Assembly (NCBI GenBank): GCA_020891255.1
Contig: BQFW01000002.1
Location: 3,162,001 to 3,226,000, forward strand
Source of the DNA: Entomortierella parvispora E1425
Lineage: Eukaryota; Fungi; Mortierellomycota
Length of the DNA: 64,000 nucleotides
Reading direction: 5' to 3'
Numbering within the stretch: the stretch's first letter is position 1; each line of letters begins with the position of its first letter. Shown in pieces: positions 23,700 to 35,205 of the stretch. The position numbers and the translations under genes were made by a program. The notes beneath the pieces were generated by a model that did no database searches, had not been told where the DNA came from, and was given only the letters and a program-made list of their open reading frames with translations.

Positions 23700-25054
23700 A
23701 CAGCCACGGGGATCCCTTTTAATAATTTGCTCTCAATTTCCGCCCAGGGTGACGTCTGCAGTGAGCGCGGACAATCATGTATTGCCGTGGCACATCGCCC
23801 CTTTCGCGACCACTTATAGGTCGCACAAGCAATTTCGCTGGGTTTCTTTCTTATTCGACATCTTTGCCCTCTTCGCTCCGCTCTATGCCTGGACACGGAG
23901 AACAGTGTGTTCAGTCCGTCAGATTTCTAAACCCTCTTGGTCTAGCTTGCCCTTCAAGGCCCTGGGCACGCACACCAGCACACACCAAGGACAACACCTT
24001 CATCCCATCACGCCCTTTTGCAAGTTTTGATACTTTTCATCGTGCTCGATCCCGCTCAATCCTGCCCGATCCTGCCCAATGCTGGTCAGTCATGTTATTA
24101 GTTTCTTGGGCTATTGTAGTCACTCCAATTGAGTGGTTGTCCTGGTTCAGTCCACAGTTTTGGAGCGGCCTGGTTGTACTCTGATACTGTAGAAAGCAAC
24201 CAGGCTCTGCCGGTCCACACCCAATTTTTTTTGTTGTGTTTTTGTTGTGCTGTTGCACTGTGATGGTCCGCTTTTCATCTTCAACACTCTCTGCCGACGA
24301 ACAATTTCAGCTCTGTTCCTTTTTTTCCGCCCCTTCCCCTTCCCCCCACCCCACCCCACCTTCCCGTCTCCCTCTTTCCATCCATCCATCCGCCTTTTCA
24401 TCCTCCCATCCTTGCCGCACCTTTGACTGTCGCGCAACTCGCCCTATCGCCAAGTTGCCTTCTCTCCACCCTTCCTGATCATTCCCCAGGCAGATCTTCG
24501 CCACCCACCGCCCTTCTCTCCTGGTTCTTCGACAGCCCCTTCTCTCCACTTTCGTCGACTCTCCTGCGCACCTCGCTCCCAATACGGGAATAAGCTTCTG
24601 CATCCTGCGGGTTCAAACAATATCAACCATAACGTCCATGACGATAGCTATCTTGCAGTAAACAGCAATCGCAACTCAGTTCACTGGCACCTTCGCTCGT
24701 TGCTGGCCCTCAACCGGCGGCCCATTGCTTCTTACTCTGGGACTATGCAAAGGACAATAATCGCAGTTGCATTCATTTATCACTGTTTGATCCCATCGAA
24801 CTTTGATTCCAGGGCAGGAGCTGCTTGAACAGAAAGAGAGGCTAAAACCCTCGACGACAGCAACAAAAAGGGACTTCAATACCCTCCTTCCTTCACCCCA
24901 CGCCAAAGGAACTAAACGACAGAGCAGAGCAAGACTGAATCCTACCACGACGGACACGGAAGACAAACAACAATCGCGCCCACCCTCCCACACCCTCCTA
25001 CCTCCCAAGAGTCTTTCAGAGCGCAGCAACAACTGCTCTTGTTTCTGATTGTCG

Positions 25055-28000
25055 ATGGAGATACCATTCCATGACCAAAGTCAAGGTACTTCCTCTTTGA
25101 CCGACCCGTCTTTGTTGGAAGGGCAAGAATCCTCCATGTTTTACTATCATCAGCCTAGCGTGCCTCCCTCGAGACCGGAGTCTTTTGAATTTACCAGCGA
25201 CCAACGTAAGTGATACCCTTGCGGAGACACAGCACTTCTAACTGGAAACAAACTTATGGTGAAGTCTTTCCAACTGCAGATCTATTCTGATCCAAGCCGA
25301 TGCGATCGTGCCATTTTTTTATTTCTCTTTATTTTTCTATTTTTTTTTTTTTTTTGGCTTTGCAATGTGGGAAGAAAATAGTGCTCTTCAAGAATGACGA
25401 CAATTTTTTCATGGACGAGGATGTCGACTATCAACCGATCAAGGTAGAAAGAGATGAAGGTACAGCGTCTGCGGAGGGAAAGGCAATACATCAACATCAA
25501 CAGCAGCTGCAGCACCAACGTCAATTAGTCCAACTCCAGGAGCTCCAACAGCAACTTCGGCAGCAAGGGAACGCTAACTCGGGCGATCTTGGATCACTCT
25601 TTAGCCATCCACTTCAGCCCCATTCCACAGAGGGTACCCCGACCAGTGCTCTTTTCCCAACCACGCACACCAACATCGCAGCGCCCAAAATATACCCGCA
25701 ACCATCATTGGCACCGATCACAACGCCCTTGACCCCTGTAACAGAAAGTTCGTCTTCGAAGCCGCCTGCTCCAGCCACACCAATGGAATCGGAGAGCAGC
25801 ACTTCTGTGACGGAAAGAGGGTCATCAGGATCACTCAGTCGCAAGACAAGTCAGGACGTGGAGAACTTTGGGCAAGTCCTTCAAATGACTTCAGTTGTGG
25901 GCGGACCTTCCTCAGCCCAGTTGTGTTCTAGCTTACAGCATCACCATGAGCAGCAGAAATCTACCTCAGGTACAAATAATTCTTTGGTGCTCTCTTCTTT
26001 TCTTTGATAGGCTTGGCATCGACCAAGCTGATGTGGCAGCTTTGTGCAACTGCAACAGAATGTGATAAAAAGTAGGTCACTTGTCTCATCATACTTTTCT
26101 CTCCTGCATGCTTTTTACAAAAAAAGACCTAGGAGGCGATTCTGGGGAGGATCCCGTGATTAGGAGAGCAGAACAGAACAGGGCGGCACAACGCGCTTTT
26201 CGTCAACGGAAGCAGCAATACATCAAATGGCTGGAGAGCAAAGCCGAGGAGTTGGATGAAGTCTATCGTATTATGGCCCTTGTGCGGACAGAGAACCAAC
26301 AACTCTGTAAACTTGTCCTGGAACTCAATGATCGTCTGCAGGCTGCAAAGGGTCGGGGGGTAGATACCGACGAGACATCTGTCAAGGACAAAAACAGTAC
26401 AGCCACATCAGACGCATCGCCCTCTTCGTCGTCCTCATCGGCGGCGATAGCCAAAGTAGTGGCTGGAAATGGTCACGGATTGCTTGATCTTTCAATCAGC
26501 CGTGAGGTGTCAATGCGTTTAATGAACTTGACCATGACTCCTGGTTCAACTCTGAGTGGTAACCGCAACAATGGACCCGTTACAAGACCAAAGTATCACC
26601 CCCGGTCGTCCACATCGAGCAGCGATGCAAAAGGTGCCCATGCGAAGGGCAAGACGGCGTTTAAGCAGAACATGCAGCAGAAGCGACAGGAGCAAAACCA
26701 GCTGTCACTTTTACAACACCAACACTCATTGGTCCAGCAACAATTACAACAGCAACAAAAACACCAACAACAGCAATTACAGCAACAGCAGCAATTGAGG
26801 CTACAGCAACACGATCACAACTTTGGAGTTGTGTCCACCCCGATGACAGTGTCCACCGTCGGCAGTAACGACGTTCTTTGTAGTCCGTTGTTTTTGAACA
26901 GGGCAACGACTTCCCCTACGGCGACGACCACACCGCTGGGGCCCACTATCGGCTCAAAAGATCCCTTATTTGCCCTGACACCCTCACCTGTGTCAATAGA
27001 ATCACCGCTACGAACTGTTCACTCTGGTAAGAAGATTTAACTGTCATTTCAATTTAGTTGCCCCTTCACTGGCATAGAAGATCGAACGCGTGTCCTACGG
27101 AATTACCTGTTGTTTTGGACCCCCTTAGCGCCAAAAAGAGACAGATTGATGTTTGACCAGACGAAGGGCGAACTACCGCTGCACGGGACTGATTTAATGT
27201 GGACAAACACGGCGAGCACCGGCGAGAAAGTTTTAGATTGGGAAACCAGAGCAGCAGCCTCCTACATTTTCTCACCGTTCTTAAACTCTTTTCCCTGTAT
27301 AGACTCAGTGCATGGACCAACTGGTACGCCCTCACCTTTGTTCTCGACAGCGGTATCAAAGTCACTACCGCTATCTGCGACTTTGCAGTTCCCTTTGACT
27401 TCATCTGTCATGTCTACAGTTTCTTCGTCCACAGCAATGGCGATGATGGTCACACCAGCAGAGTCCGCGACGGGAGTTCTGCGATATCAGCAGACTCTCC
27501 CCCCGACGTTGATCCCACAGCAACAGCAGCAAGAACAACAACAGCTGTTTTCTTTTTCTCATCAATCTGTGCTGGAGCCTGAGCCAGATCAATTGACGGC
27601 GCAACAGCAGTCCGTATTTGACAGGAATGGGCCAACAGGAGCTGGCGCCCTGGGTGGAAACACAATTAGCGGTGTTCAAGGGGGTGGAGGAATGGCGAGC
27701 AGTCTTCACGGGCGAGCAACCGCACCTTCGCCTCGGCACAGTCTTCACCATCCGTACGCGAATACGGGCTATACGCCTATCGTTCACCAGCGGCCGCCTC
27801 AGCGGCAACAGCTCCCCTTTCAACCACATGACCAATCAATGCTCTATCAAATGCCCGACCTTGGTCACAATGACGGAGCATCCTTTTTAGTTCCTCCCCC
27901 TCTGCATCCAAAGGTCGCTCAGGCCGCATGGGTGACGGAAGACGACCCGACAGGATCCTGGAAAGCACGACGATCCTCAATGCCCACGCTTCATCTTGCG

Positions 28001-28078
28001 CCATCAACACTTCAACAACAGCAGCAACTGCAGCGGCAGCAACATCAGCGCCAAAGTCAACATCCAGCACAACAATAA
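25055..28078 (+). CDS. bZIP transcription factor (AP-1/Yap-like basic region) with polyQ tracts, about 877 aa; exons about 25055-25205, 25382-25969, 26133-27026, 27078-28078
   Basis: Basic region RRAEQNRAAQRAFRQRKQQYIKWLE followed by a leucine zipper. Exon phases are consistent, but the first and last junctions are less certain. Confidence 0.75.
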
Positions 28079-28353
28079 AGAAATTATGACCAAAAAAAAA
28101 AATGTCGCGGTTTGGCGGATGGTTTGAGGGGCAGTAATGACAAAGAGGCAGAAGAAGAACGTCATTGTTATTGTTTTTCATTCATTCATTCAAAACCACA
28201 AAGAGCCAATTATTAGGTTGGTGGGGTACATCGTCAAAGTGGATCTGCATCCATCTGTTGTATCACACGCGAAACCGTGTGCTTTTATTTCTGCCCCACT
28301 TATAGGATAGAAAGCGGAAGGCACCCTTCCCTTCCTCTTTTATCTTTTTCAAT

Positions 28354-30147
28354 TCAAGTGCTCACGAATGCCAGCATGACCAGGGCTCCCACTGTGCTGA
28401 CAATCAGGATGAGGTAACAGAGCTTCTCTCTTGACCGTCTTTGGTACTCGCTCGCCTTCAGGACCTCTTGTTGACCTTGCTGAATACGACCGCGACTCTG
28501 AAGGACATTATCATGAATAAAGTCAACATCAGCTCTCTGTTCCACCACCAACGTCCCCAGTTCCTTCATCACCTCCAAGACCTGGCCCATGCCTTCCTCA
28601 ATCTTGAGGATCTCGGATTCGCGCTCCAAAAGGATACTCTCTTGCAACGAGATCTCACCATCCATGGCCAAGATCTCTCGAAGGAGAGCCTCCTCCTGGA
28701 CAGAAAGTTCACGCTCATGAGTGCCTCCGTTTGCATTCGAGGACGAACCGGCACCAGATCCGTCTCCATGAACAAGCAGGGCTCCTTGTTCAATGTCCTG
28801 CTGAGACAAGTCCATGAGATCAGAGCGCCGTTGACTCCACCGTCGAAGAGAGGCACTGGCGGACAATCTTCGAAGAGTGGCCACCTTTTGGCGTTCAGCC
28901 ACCAAAGCCTGTCGTTGGAGATCCTGAAACGATTTACTGGCCAGCGTTAGATCTTTTGTCAATCTCTGATGGGTCTGTCTTCGACTGGTTAAAACCTTTC
29001 TCTGCCATGCAGAACTCTCGGCCGACAATGCGGCTTGCGATGAAGGATTAGGTCGTCGAAAGCCGATGCCAATGTCATTGTCGTTGTTGTGGCTGTTTCC
29101 CTGTGCAAAGGCGGTAGGTTGATGATACTTGGCCAGCGCCTTGATCAGTCCATGGGCAGACTTGACGAGATCACGAGTTCCATCCAAGACAGCATGGAGA
29201 CTTGATCGAAGCTCGACCGTGTCTTTGTGGCGTTGTCCCAAACAAGGAACCAGTCGTTCCAGAACTGCAATATTGGAAGAAATATTAAAGATTTGCTGAG
29301 AGATGTGTCGGACCATGAGATCATAGTCATGCTCCTGATCCTGAATGGATCCTGATAAAGGGGCCGAGTTCATGCCGTTGGTGGCGTGGCCGTTACTGTC
29401 ACCATTTTGAACCCTCTCAGCATGTTCGTCCTGGCTGTTCATGTCAATCACTACATCGTTCGATGAAGAAGATCCATCCTCCGAGGGGGCGGCTCCAGAG
29501 GCTGCTGATTGAGGGGCACCGCCGTTAATCCAGCCTTCACCGCTGACCCGAGTAAATCCTCGATGGGGGTGCTGGAGATGATTCAGAGGACTGGAAGGAG
29601 GTGAAAACTGCGGCGGACTTGTTGGTGGTGACAAGACCTGTCGACGCTCCTGATCTCCTGGCCGGTTGACGGCAAGAATACGATTGTTGCCGCTTCCATT
29701 GATGTTGCCATTGTTGCTATGGGGTGATCGAGGACTCATAGTCTCTCCCGACCCCGACGTGGCCACAGACGAGGAAGACGACGATGATGAGGAGACGACA
29801 ACGGCGGCGGCGATAGAAGATGACGGTGTCAGAGTGGGTCTTGGAGTATCAATCCGCGTGTTGTCCTGCAGGATTCGGGAATGCTGTGCTAAGGGACCCG
29901 GCGGTTTTGGACGTTGGTTTGGCGAAACCGGCGGAGGATAAGGCGACGAGTGTCCGTGAGAGAGAGGACGGCGTGGAGACTGATCTACTCCACCCGAAGG
30001 ACCTCGAAGGTTTCCATTGCTAACACCGATGCTGCTGTTAGGGCTGGATGCTGCTTGTGGGGCCGAGTTGGGTTTCTTGTCAATCTTGTAAGGAGATTGA
30101 GGTGGGGTTCTTAGACCACGCTCTCTGTCCAAGTCTGTGAACGACAT
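28354..30147 (-). CDS. Qa-SNARE syntaxin, endosomal/vacuolar Pep12/Vam3/STX7-12-like, 597 aa, single exon, with long disordered N-terminus
   Basis: Habc-like region (QQIFNISSNI...KDTVELRSSLH), SNARE motif ERESEILKIE...LGTLVVEQRADVDFIHDNV, and a C-terminal TM tail. Confidence 0.9.
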   Translation of the reverse strand: MSFTDLDRERGLRTPPQSPYKIDKKPNSAPQAASSPNSSIGVSNGNLRGPSGGVDQSPRRPLSHGHSSPYPPPVSPNQRPKPPGPLAQHSRILQDNTRIDTPRPTLTPSSSIAAAVVVSSSSSSSSSVATSGSGETMSPRSPHSNNGNINGSGNNRILAVNRPGDQERRQVLSPPTSPPQFSPPSSPLNHLQHPHRGFTRVSGEGWINGGAPQSAASGAAPSEDGSSSSNDVVIDMNSQDEHAERVQNGDSNGHATNGMNSAPLSGSIQDQEHDYDLMVRHISQQIFNISSNIAVLERLVPCLGQRHKDTVELRSSLHAVLDGTRDLVKSAHGLIKALAKYHQPTAFAQGNSHNNDNDIGIGFRRPNPSSQAALSAESSAWQRKVLTSRRQTHQRLTKDLTLASKSFQDLQRQALVAERQKVATLRRLSASASLRRWSQRRSDLMDLSQQDIEQGALLVHGDGSGAGSSSNANGGTHERELSVQEEALLREILAMDGEISLQESILLERESEILKIEEGMGQVLEVMKELGTLVVEQRADVDFIHDNVLQSRGRIQQGQQEVLKASEYQRRSREKLCYLILIVSTVGALVMLAFVST

Positions 30148-33100
30148 GTCAGCGGTTGATAGGCGAGAAGGAAAGTCAAAGGGAGAGGATGGGATTGAAG
30201 TAGAGTGAAGGAGAAGTCGAAAGGAAGACTCTTGGTAAAGCGAAAAAAGGAGAAAAGGAGACCGTCAGCATGGCACGCGCGCAGAACCAGGGGAAGAATC
30301 AAGCAGGCCTAAAAAAAATAGGGGTGGTGAAAACTGGTGGCGTCAGGGTCACGTGGAAGCATGGCCACTTCCGGCGATTGTGCGCTGACTTTGGGCGTTC
30401 ACAAACACAGCCAAAAAAGTGTACATGACCTGAAGGGTTGAACCAATTTCGAGGGGAGAGAACGCCTACGAGGGTGACAGACAGGGAGAGGGGCGATGCA
30501 AGACTGAGGAAGGAGGGCAAAGCCAACAAACAAGACGTAAAAACCATAAATGTTGGCGGGAGACGAAGGGGCCATATATCTATATCCAGTCGTCTCGTCT
30601 GGAGCATACCCAATGCACCCCCAAGGCCTGCCTCGCATCGTCCCCCGATTCTTGGATCGAGGGTTTTCCCATGAGTCGCCCTCGCTCGACCCGTTGACGT
30701 TGGGAAATGGGCGGTGTGAGAACCTTCAGGCCTCATTCGGGAATCACATCGATCCGAGCACTCGGATCGAGGGCGAAGCGTTGATTTTCACACACACACG
30801 CATCCACTCACAACAAAAACAAAACAAAAAAAAAAGGGCGAAGTTCAGTAACCCTGGAGATCTAGTCGCCCATCCTTTTCCTTTTCACGCATTCACGCAT
30901 TCACACGCTTTTCATCTCAGAGCAAGGGCGTGAGAAGAGCAGGGAAGCGAGGAGAGCCGAGAGGTGACACTACGAGAGAATCGAGACTCGATTGATCAAG
31001 TCATCCTCTGAGCCATGAAAAAAAACAGTGAGTGGAAGAGAGGCAACATGGGCGCAAAGCGGGGCTGCTCAACACCATCGACCACCAGCAACCTTCTCGC
31101 ATGGTGAACGCAAGAGCGGCCCAACCAGGAGAGCGAAACAAGGCTCAGGAGGGCTCTTCAACACACAATCGCGCCGGCTGGACGTCCATTCTTCTCTCTC
31201 CGTCGATGACCGATGTACCGCTGCCTCATATTTTCTTTAGCAAGCATCAATCACCGCACTTGAGATCCATATCCCGCCAGTAGCAATCAGAGAAAGGTGA
31301 AAAATAGGCGTAGACCATTTCCGTCGTTGAGAATAACAAACAAAAACTCTATTTCACGAGATGGGTCCCACTTTTCCTTCCCTCCACACACGGTCCACCT
31401 GGTCGTAGAAAGATAGAAAGGCAATTGAAGAAGCAATTATAGAGTGCGGAAGAACCGGTCTTGCTCTCTTTGCGTGCCTTCTCTCGGCTGGCTGGTTGTC
31501 CACTGATATGTACTGTACTGCTTCAAAAAAAAAAAAAAAAAGCGGTTGAGAGAAAAAAAAAACTGGGTGCGTTCTTTTTTTTTCTGCAGCCGAAGGTACA
31601 GATGTCCGCTGCCCCTCGTTGACGTGCAACAAAGCTGCGGTGTCGATAATTGCCGAAGGAATTCTGCCTTTTGTCATTCTTGCGCGCACCATCCTCCCTT
31701 TATCCCCCTAGATTACCTTCGATTGTAACAAACAGTGTGTTTATGCAAAGCCCTCGTTTGTCATGACTGTACCTTTGGTCAAATCCTGCAAGTGAGCTCG
31801 AACACCTCTTTTTTCCCCCCCTCTTTCTTTATCGAAAATGAAACCAAAGAGCACAAAGAGTCGGTGCCTTTTCGCCACATTCGAAAATGTGCAGGAACGG
31901 TGCGACCAAGAAAAAAAAACAGAGTTGGCTTGAAAAAGATGGGTGCTCTCGTTCTGCGGCAGCAGGTTCTTGATCCTTCCATGTTCGTCCCTGCTTGTTT
32001 GCCCTTGTTTGTTGCGTTCAACAAGTTGAGAGCACCTAAAAAATCAAAAAGCTGACAGAAAGGTGAGGGGAATTGGTGGTTTTTCTCCTTTTGTTTGGTC
32101 CTTGTATCTCGTGAGAAACTATAGATCCCTACGCTCCGGGTCAGGATGGGAAGGAAAAGGAAGGAAAAAGGAAAGAGGGGTGATTGCAACGAAAGGAGGG
32201 TGATCGGGGGCAAACTCTGACAAGTGAGCTGAGTGCAATGGGGGGTTAAATTCGTCAAAGAATCTTGTAACCATTTTTTTTGCACATGCCTAGTCCCTGG
32301 TCTGTGTGTTTTATTTTTTTTCTTCCTCTCTGCCTTTTTTTTTTTGCCTTTTCTTTGCTTGCCTCATTTTCCCTGATGCTCAATTGAGCGAGTATGTTAG
32401 TAAGAGGTCTCTCATTCGGCGCGGCTGGGGCGTGAGCTGGACACAAGAACCAATCATAGTCAGCAAGCCTCTCCCATTATCATCGATCCGCTGCACTGGG
32501 CCAGTGATTTTCAGGGGGCAAAAAGCAACACTGAAAATGGTGACCAAAGTTGAGAGGCCAAAGATTTTTCACTCCTTTGTCCGCTTTTCGTGGGTGAGGT
32601 GTATCTGACCAAAGTCAACTGGGGCTGAGACGAGACGACTCGAACCACGTCAAACCTCGAAAAGGAGAAGATTGACATCCGACGGACTCATCGCGGGCGG
32701 AGATCTTCTTTGATGGGAACGACGAACTGCTGGATGACTGGTCGCTGGGGTGTTGTTGAGTGAAATAAACAAAAATAATTTCAATAGAAACAACGTCGGA
32801 AGGAAAATGTCTCGTAACGCGCGCTGACACACAAAATAGAGTACTGAAAGAACGGACGTGGGGCAGCACCAGGGACAAGAGGCAAAGAGGCCAAGGAGCC
32901 GGGCTGTCACCAGTGTTTTCCCTTGGGTCTGGAACAATTGAGTCCTGCGCCAGGACCCGTCCGCACGTTCTGAAAGAAAGAACGATCGCTGGGTGTTCGT
33001 ATCCGGAATAGGATGCATCGACAGACAGAACACCCGCTCGCATGTTGGTCTGTTCTGCGGGTCCCTTCTGGGGAATCGTTCTTGATGGATCTCTTTTTTG

Positions 33101-33275
33101 CCTATTTTGCTGAGTAACATTTTTAGCTGCGAAATGTTCGGGCAATGTTCGTCGTTCTGTCATTTCTTCGGATTCAGAGCAAAGGTACATGTGCGGGGTG
33201 CAGCAAGGGCCGAAGGGAGGGGGCAGGGAAGAGGCAAAAGCGTGAGCGAGTACGGTGCGGTGCAGTACATGCAAT

Positions 33276-33373
33276 TGACTTGATTGACTGATTGACTAAC
33301 TAACAGGCTGACCGACCGACCGACCGACTGACTGACTGACTGACTGACTGACTGACTGACTGACTGACTGACC
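33276..33373. repeat. Compound tetranucleotide microsatellite: GATT/GACT/AACT, then (GACC)n, then (GACT)n
   Basis: Read directly; responsible for the SQSV repeats in ORF 33160-33489. Confidence 0.95.
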
Positions 33374-35205
33374 ACTATGAGAGTATTATTAGTGTTAATA
33401 TTCATCCCATGCATCCCTCTTTTCCGCAGAGGATTCAAAGGCAGGCAGACAAGCAAGCCAAAGCTACACCAACTCAACTGCCCAACCACATTTCTTCTTT
33501 TCTCTTTCTGCTTCTACTCCTTCCCGAAAGTAAAAAAGCAAAGCCAGGAGGTAACAGTGAAAGAACAGGTAGGCGAGAAATGAACCAAAAAAGAAGAAAG
33601 GCTCTGACTACGAGTTGGGTGATATGCACACATTCTCGTCCGTCGTTCAATTGAGAAGAGTAAAAAAAGTGGTTGTTTTCGTTGTTGTTTTTGTCCATTG
33701 GTGGTGGTGGTGGTGTTTTTCTGTTTTGTGTGATCGTCCTTCATCGTCCTTTGCTGCTTTTGTCTGTCCTTGTTTGCTTTCAGTCGTTCATCTTCATTCA
33801 ATCGCCTTTTTTCATTTCAGTCCCTTTCGCTTCTTTCTTCCTACTTTCCCCTTTGCTCTCTTTTTTCCCTTTTTCCTTCCTCACTCTTTACGTTCATCCG
33901 CACCATTACCTTAAAACCCTTTTTTTTTTGGGTTCCTGTCACCAACACCAAGGAAACCAACTTCTTTCTTTCCTTCTTGCTTCCTTCCTTCCCTCTCGTC
34001 ACCATCATCGGTAACAAAACTGCATTGCTGCAACCAAACATACACACGTACACTCACACCAACGTCCTCGTCCACCCATCCATTCGTTTCTTTACACCCC
34101 TCCACTCTTGCTTTGTTTTTCTCTTCCTCTCTGTCATTTATTTTGTTTGTTTGTTAGTCCCGACAGGCCCTGCCATCCTCTTGTCCATCCAATTCATTTC
34201 CCTCCTCCCCTTCGTCTCTTTCTCCACTCTTTTCGAACCCTGACCACACTTCCACTTCACCCATCGATTTCCACTCTGAGACCCTGTGGCACTTCACTAA
34301 CCGTCCTCTTTCTCGGCCACAGATAGTCGTCATCCACATTTCCCTCCCCTCCCCTCCCTCGTGTGGACAAGAGCGTGTGTAAGTTTCGTCTTCTGGCTCC
34401 AGTCCTTGTAGTCTTCCGTGAGGAGATTGTCCTTCCTCTTTCTTCGCACCGCTGCCCTTATTGGTTACTCTTCAGCTCTGGCCTCTCCGTGCACATTCTG
34501 TTGGTTGACCCTGGATCGTCTCTTGTTTAAATTCCCAGAGAAGGCGACTCGATCTCGCTGTCCGTCCTTCTGTTTCCTTCCTTGCTTGGTAAATTTCCTT
34601 TGAACTCAACCTTTACCCATCCCTTCCCTCTCTTCGCCCACTCAATTATGGGCAAGAAAGTTTCAATTCGACGCTTCTTTTTTTTTTTTTTTTTTGTGTC
34701 GTCGTCTTTCCCGCACCTTCCCCCCCTCGCCTCACCTTGCTCACTGTCCATGTCCCCTCATTTGTTTCCTTCCCTCGACTCTTTTCTGCATCCGCCCCGC
34801 CCACCCTCCTCTTAATTTTCCACCTTTTTGCCTTTCGTTTTTTGGGGTTTTGTTTCCTCCCCCAAAAACCAATTGCTCCCTTCTTTTGTTGTTGTCATTT
34901 TTCATTGTTTTTCTTTCTTTGTTGTTGTTCCAACTTGTCTGCTCTTCTTCTCCATCCCTGACAACCCCGCATGTCCCTTCTTGACCAACCCAAGCGACAA
35001 CGGATCTTCTTGCGCTACGCTGGTTCAGTTCCCGACGATCCCTTTTCTGCTGTGGACTGACCCATCTGCCCAACTCTTGTCGCTCTGTACTTCATCCTTA
35101 GCGGTTCTTCACAAAGTCAAAGAGAAACCACCGCCTATTGAGCAACAAAGCCGCAAGTCACTCCCCCTTCCTCCTTTTCTCGTCCACTGCGATTTGCTTG
35201 CGCCG

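Noticed and set aside
22100-24600. Scattered short ORFs on both strands
   Set aside because: No recognisable motifs or splice-consistent model; at most a highly decayed remnant.
26011-26071. Apparent 61-nt cassette exon (TAG|...|GTAGGT) inside bZIP intron 2
   Set aside because: It would need a 41-nt upstream intron and leaves no in-phase downstream acceptor; only RNA-seq could rescue it as a poison exon.
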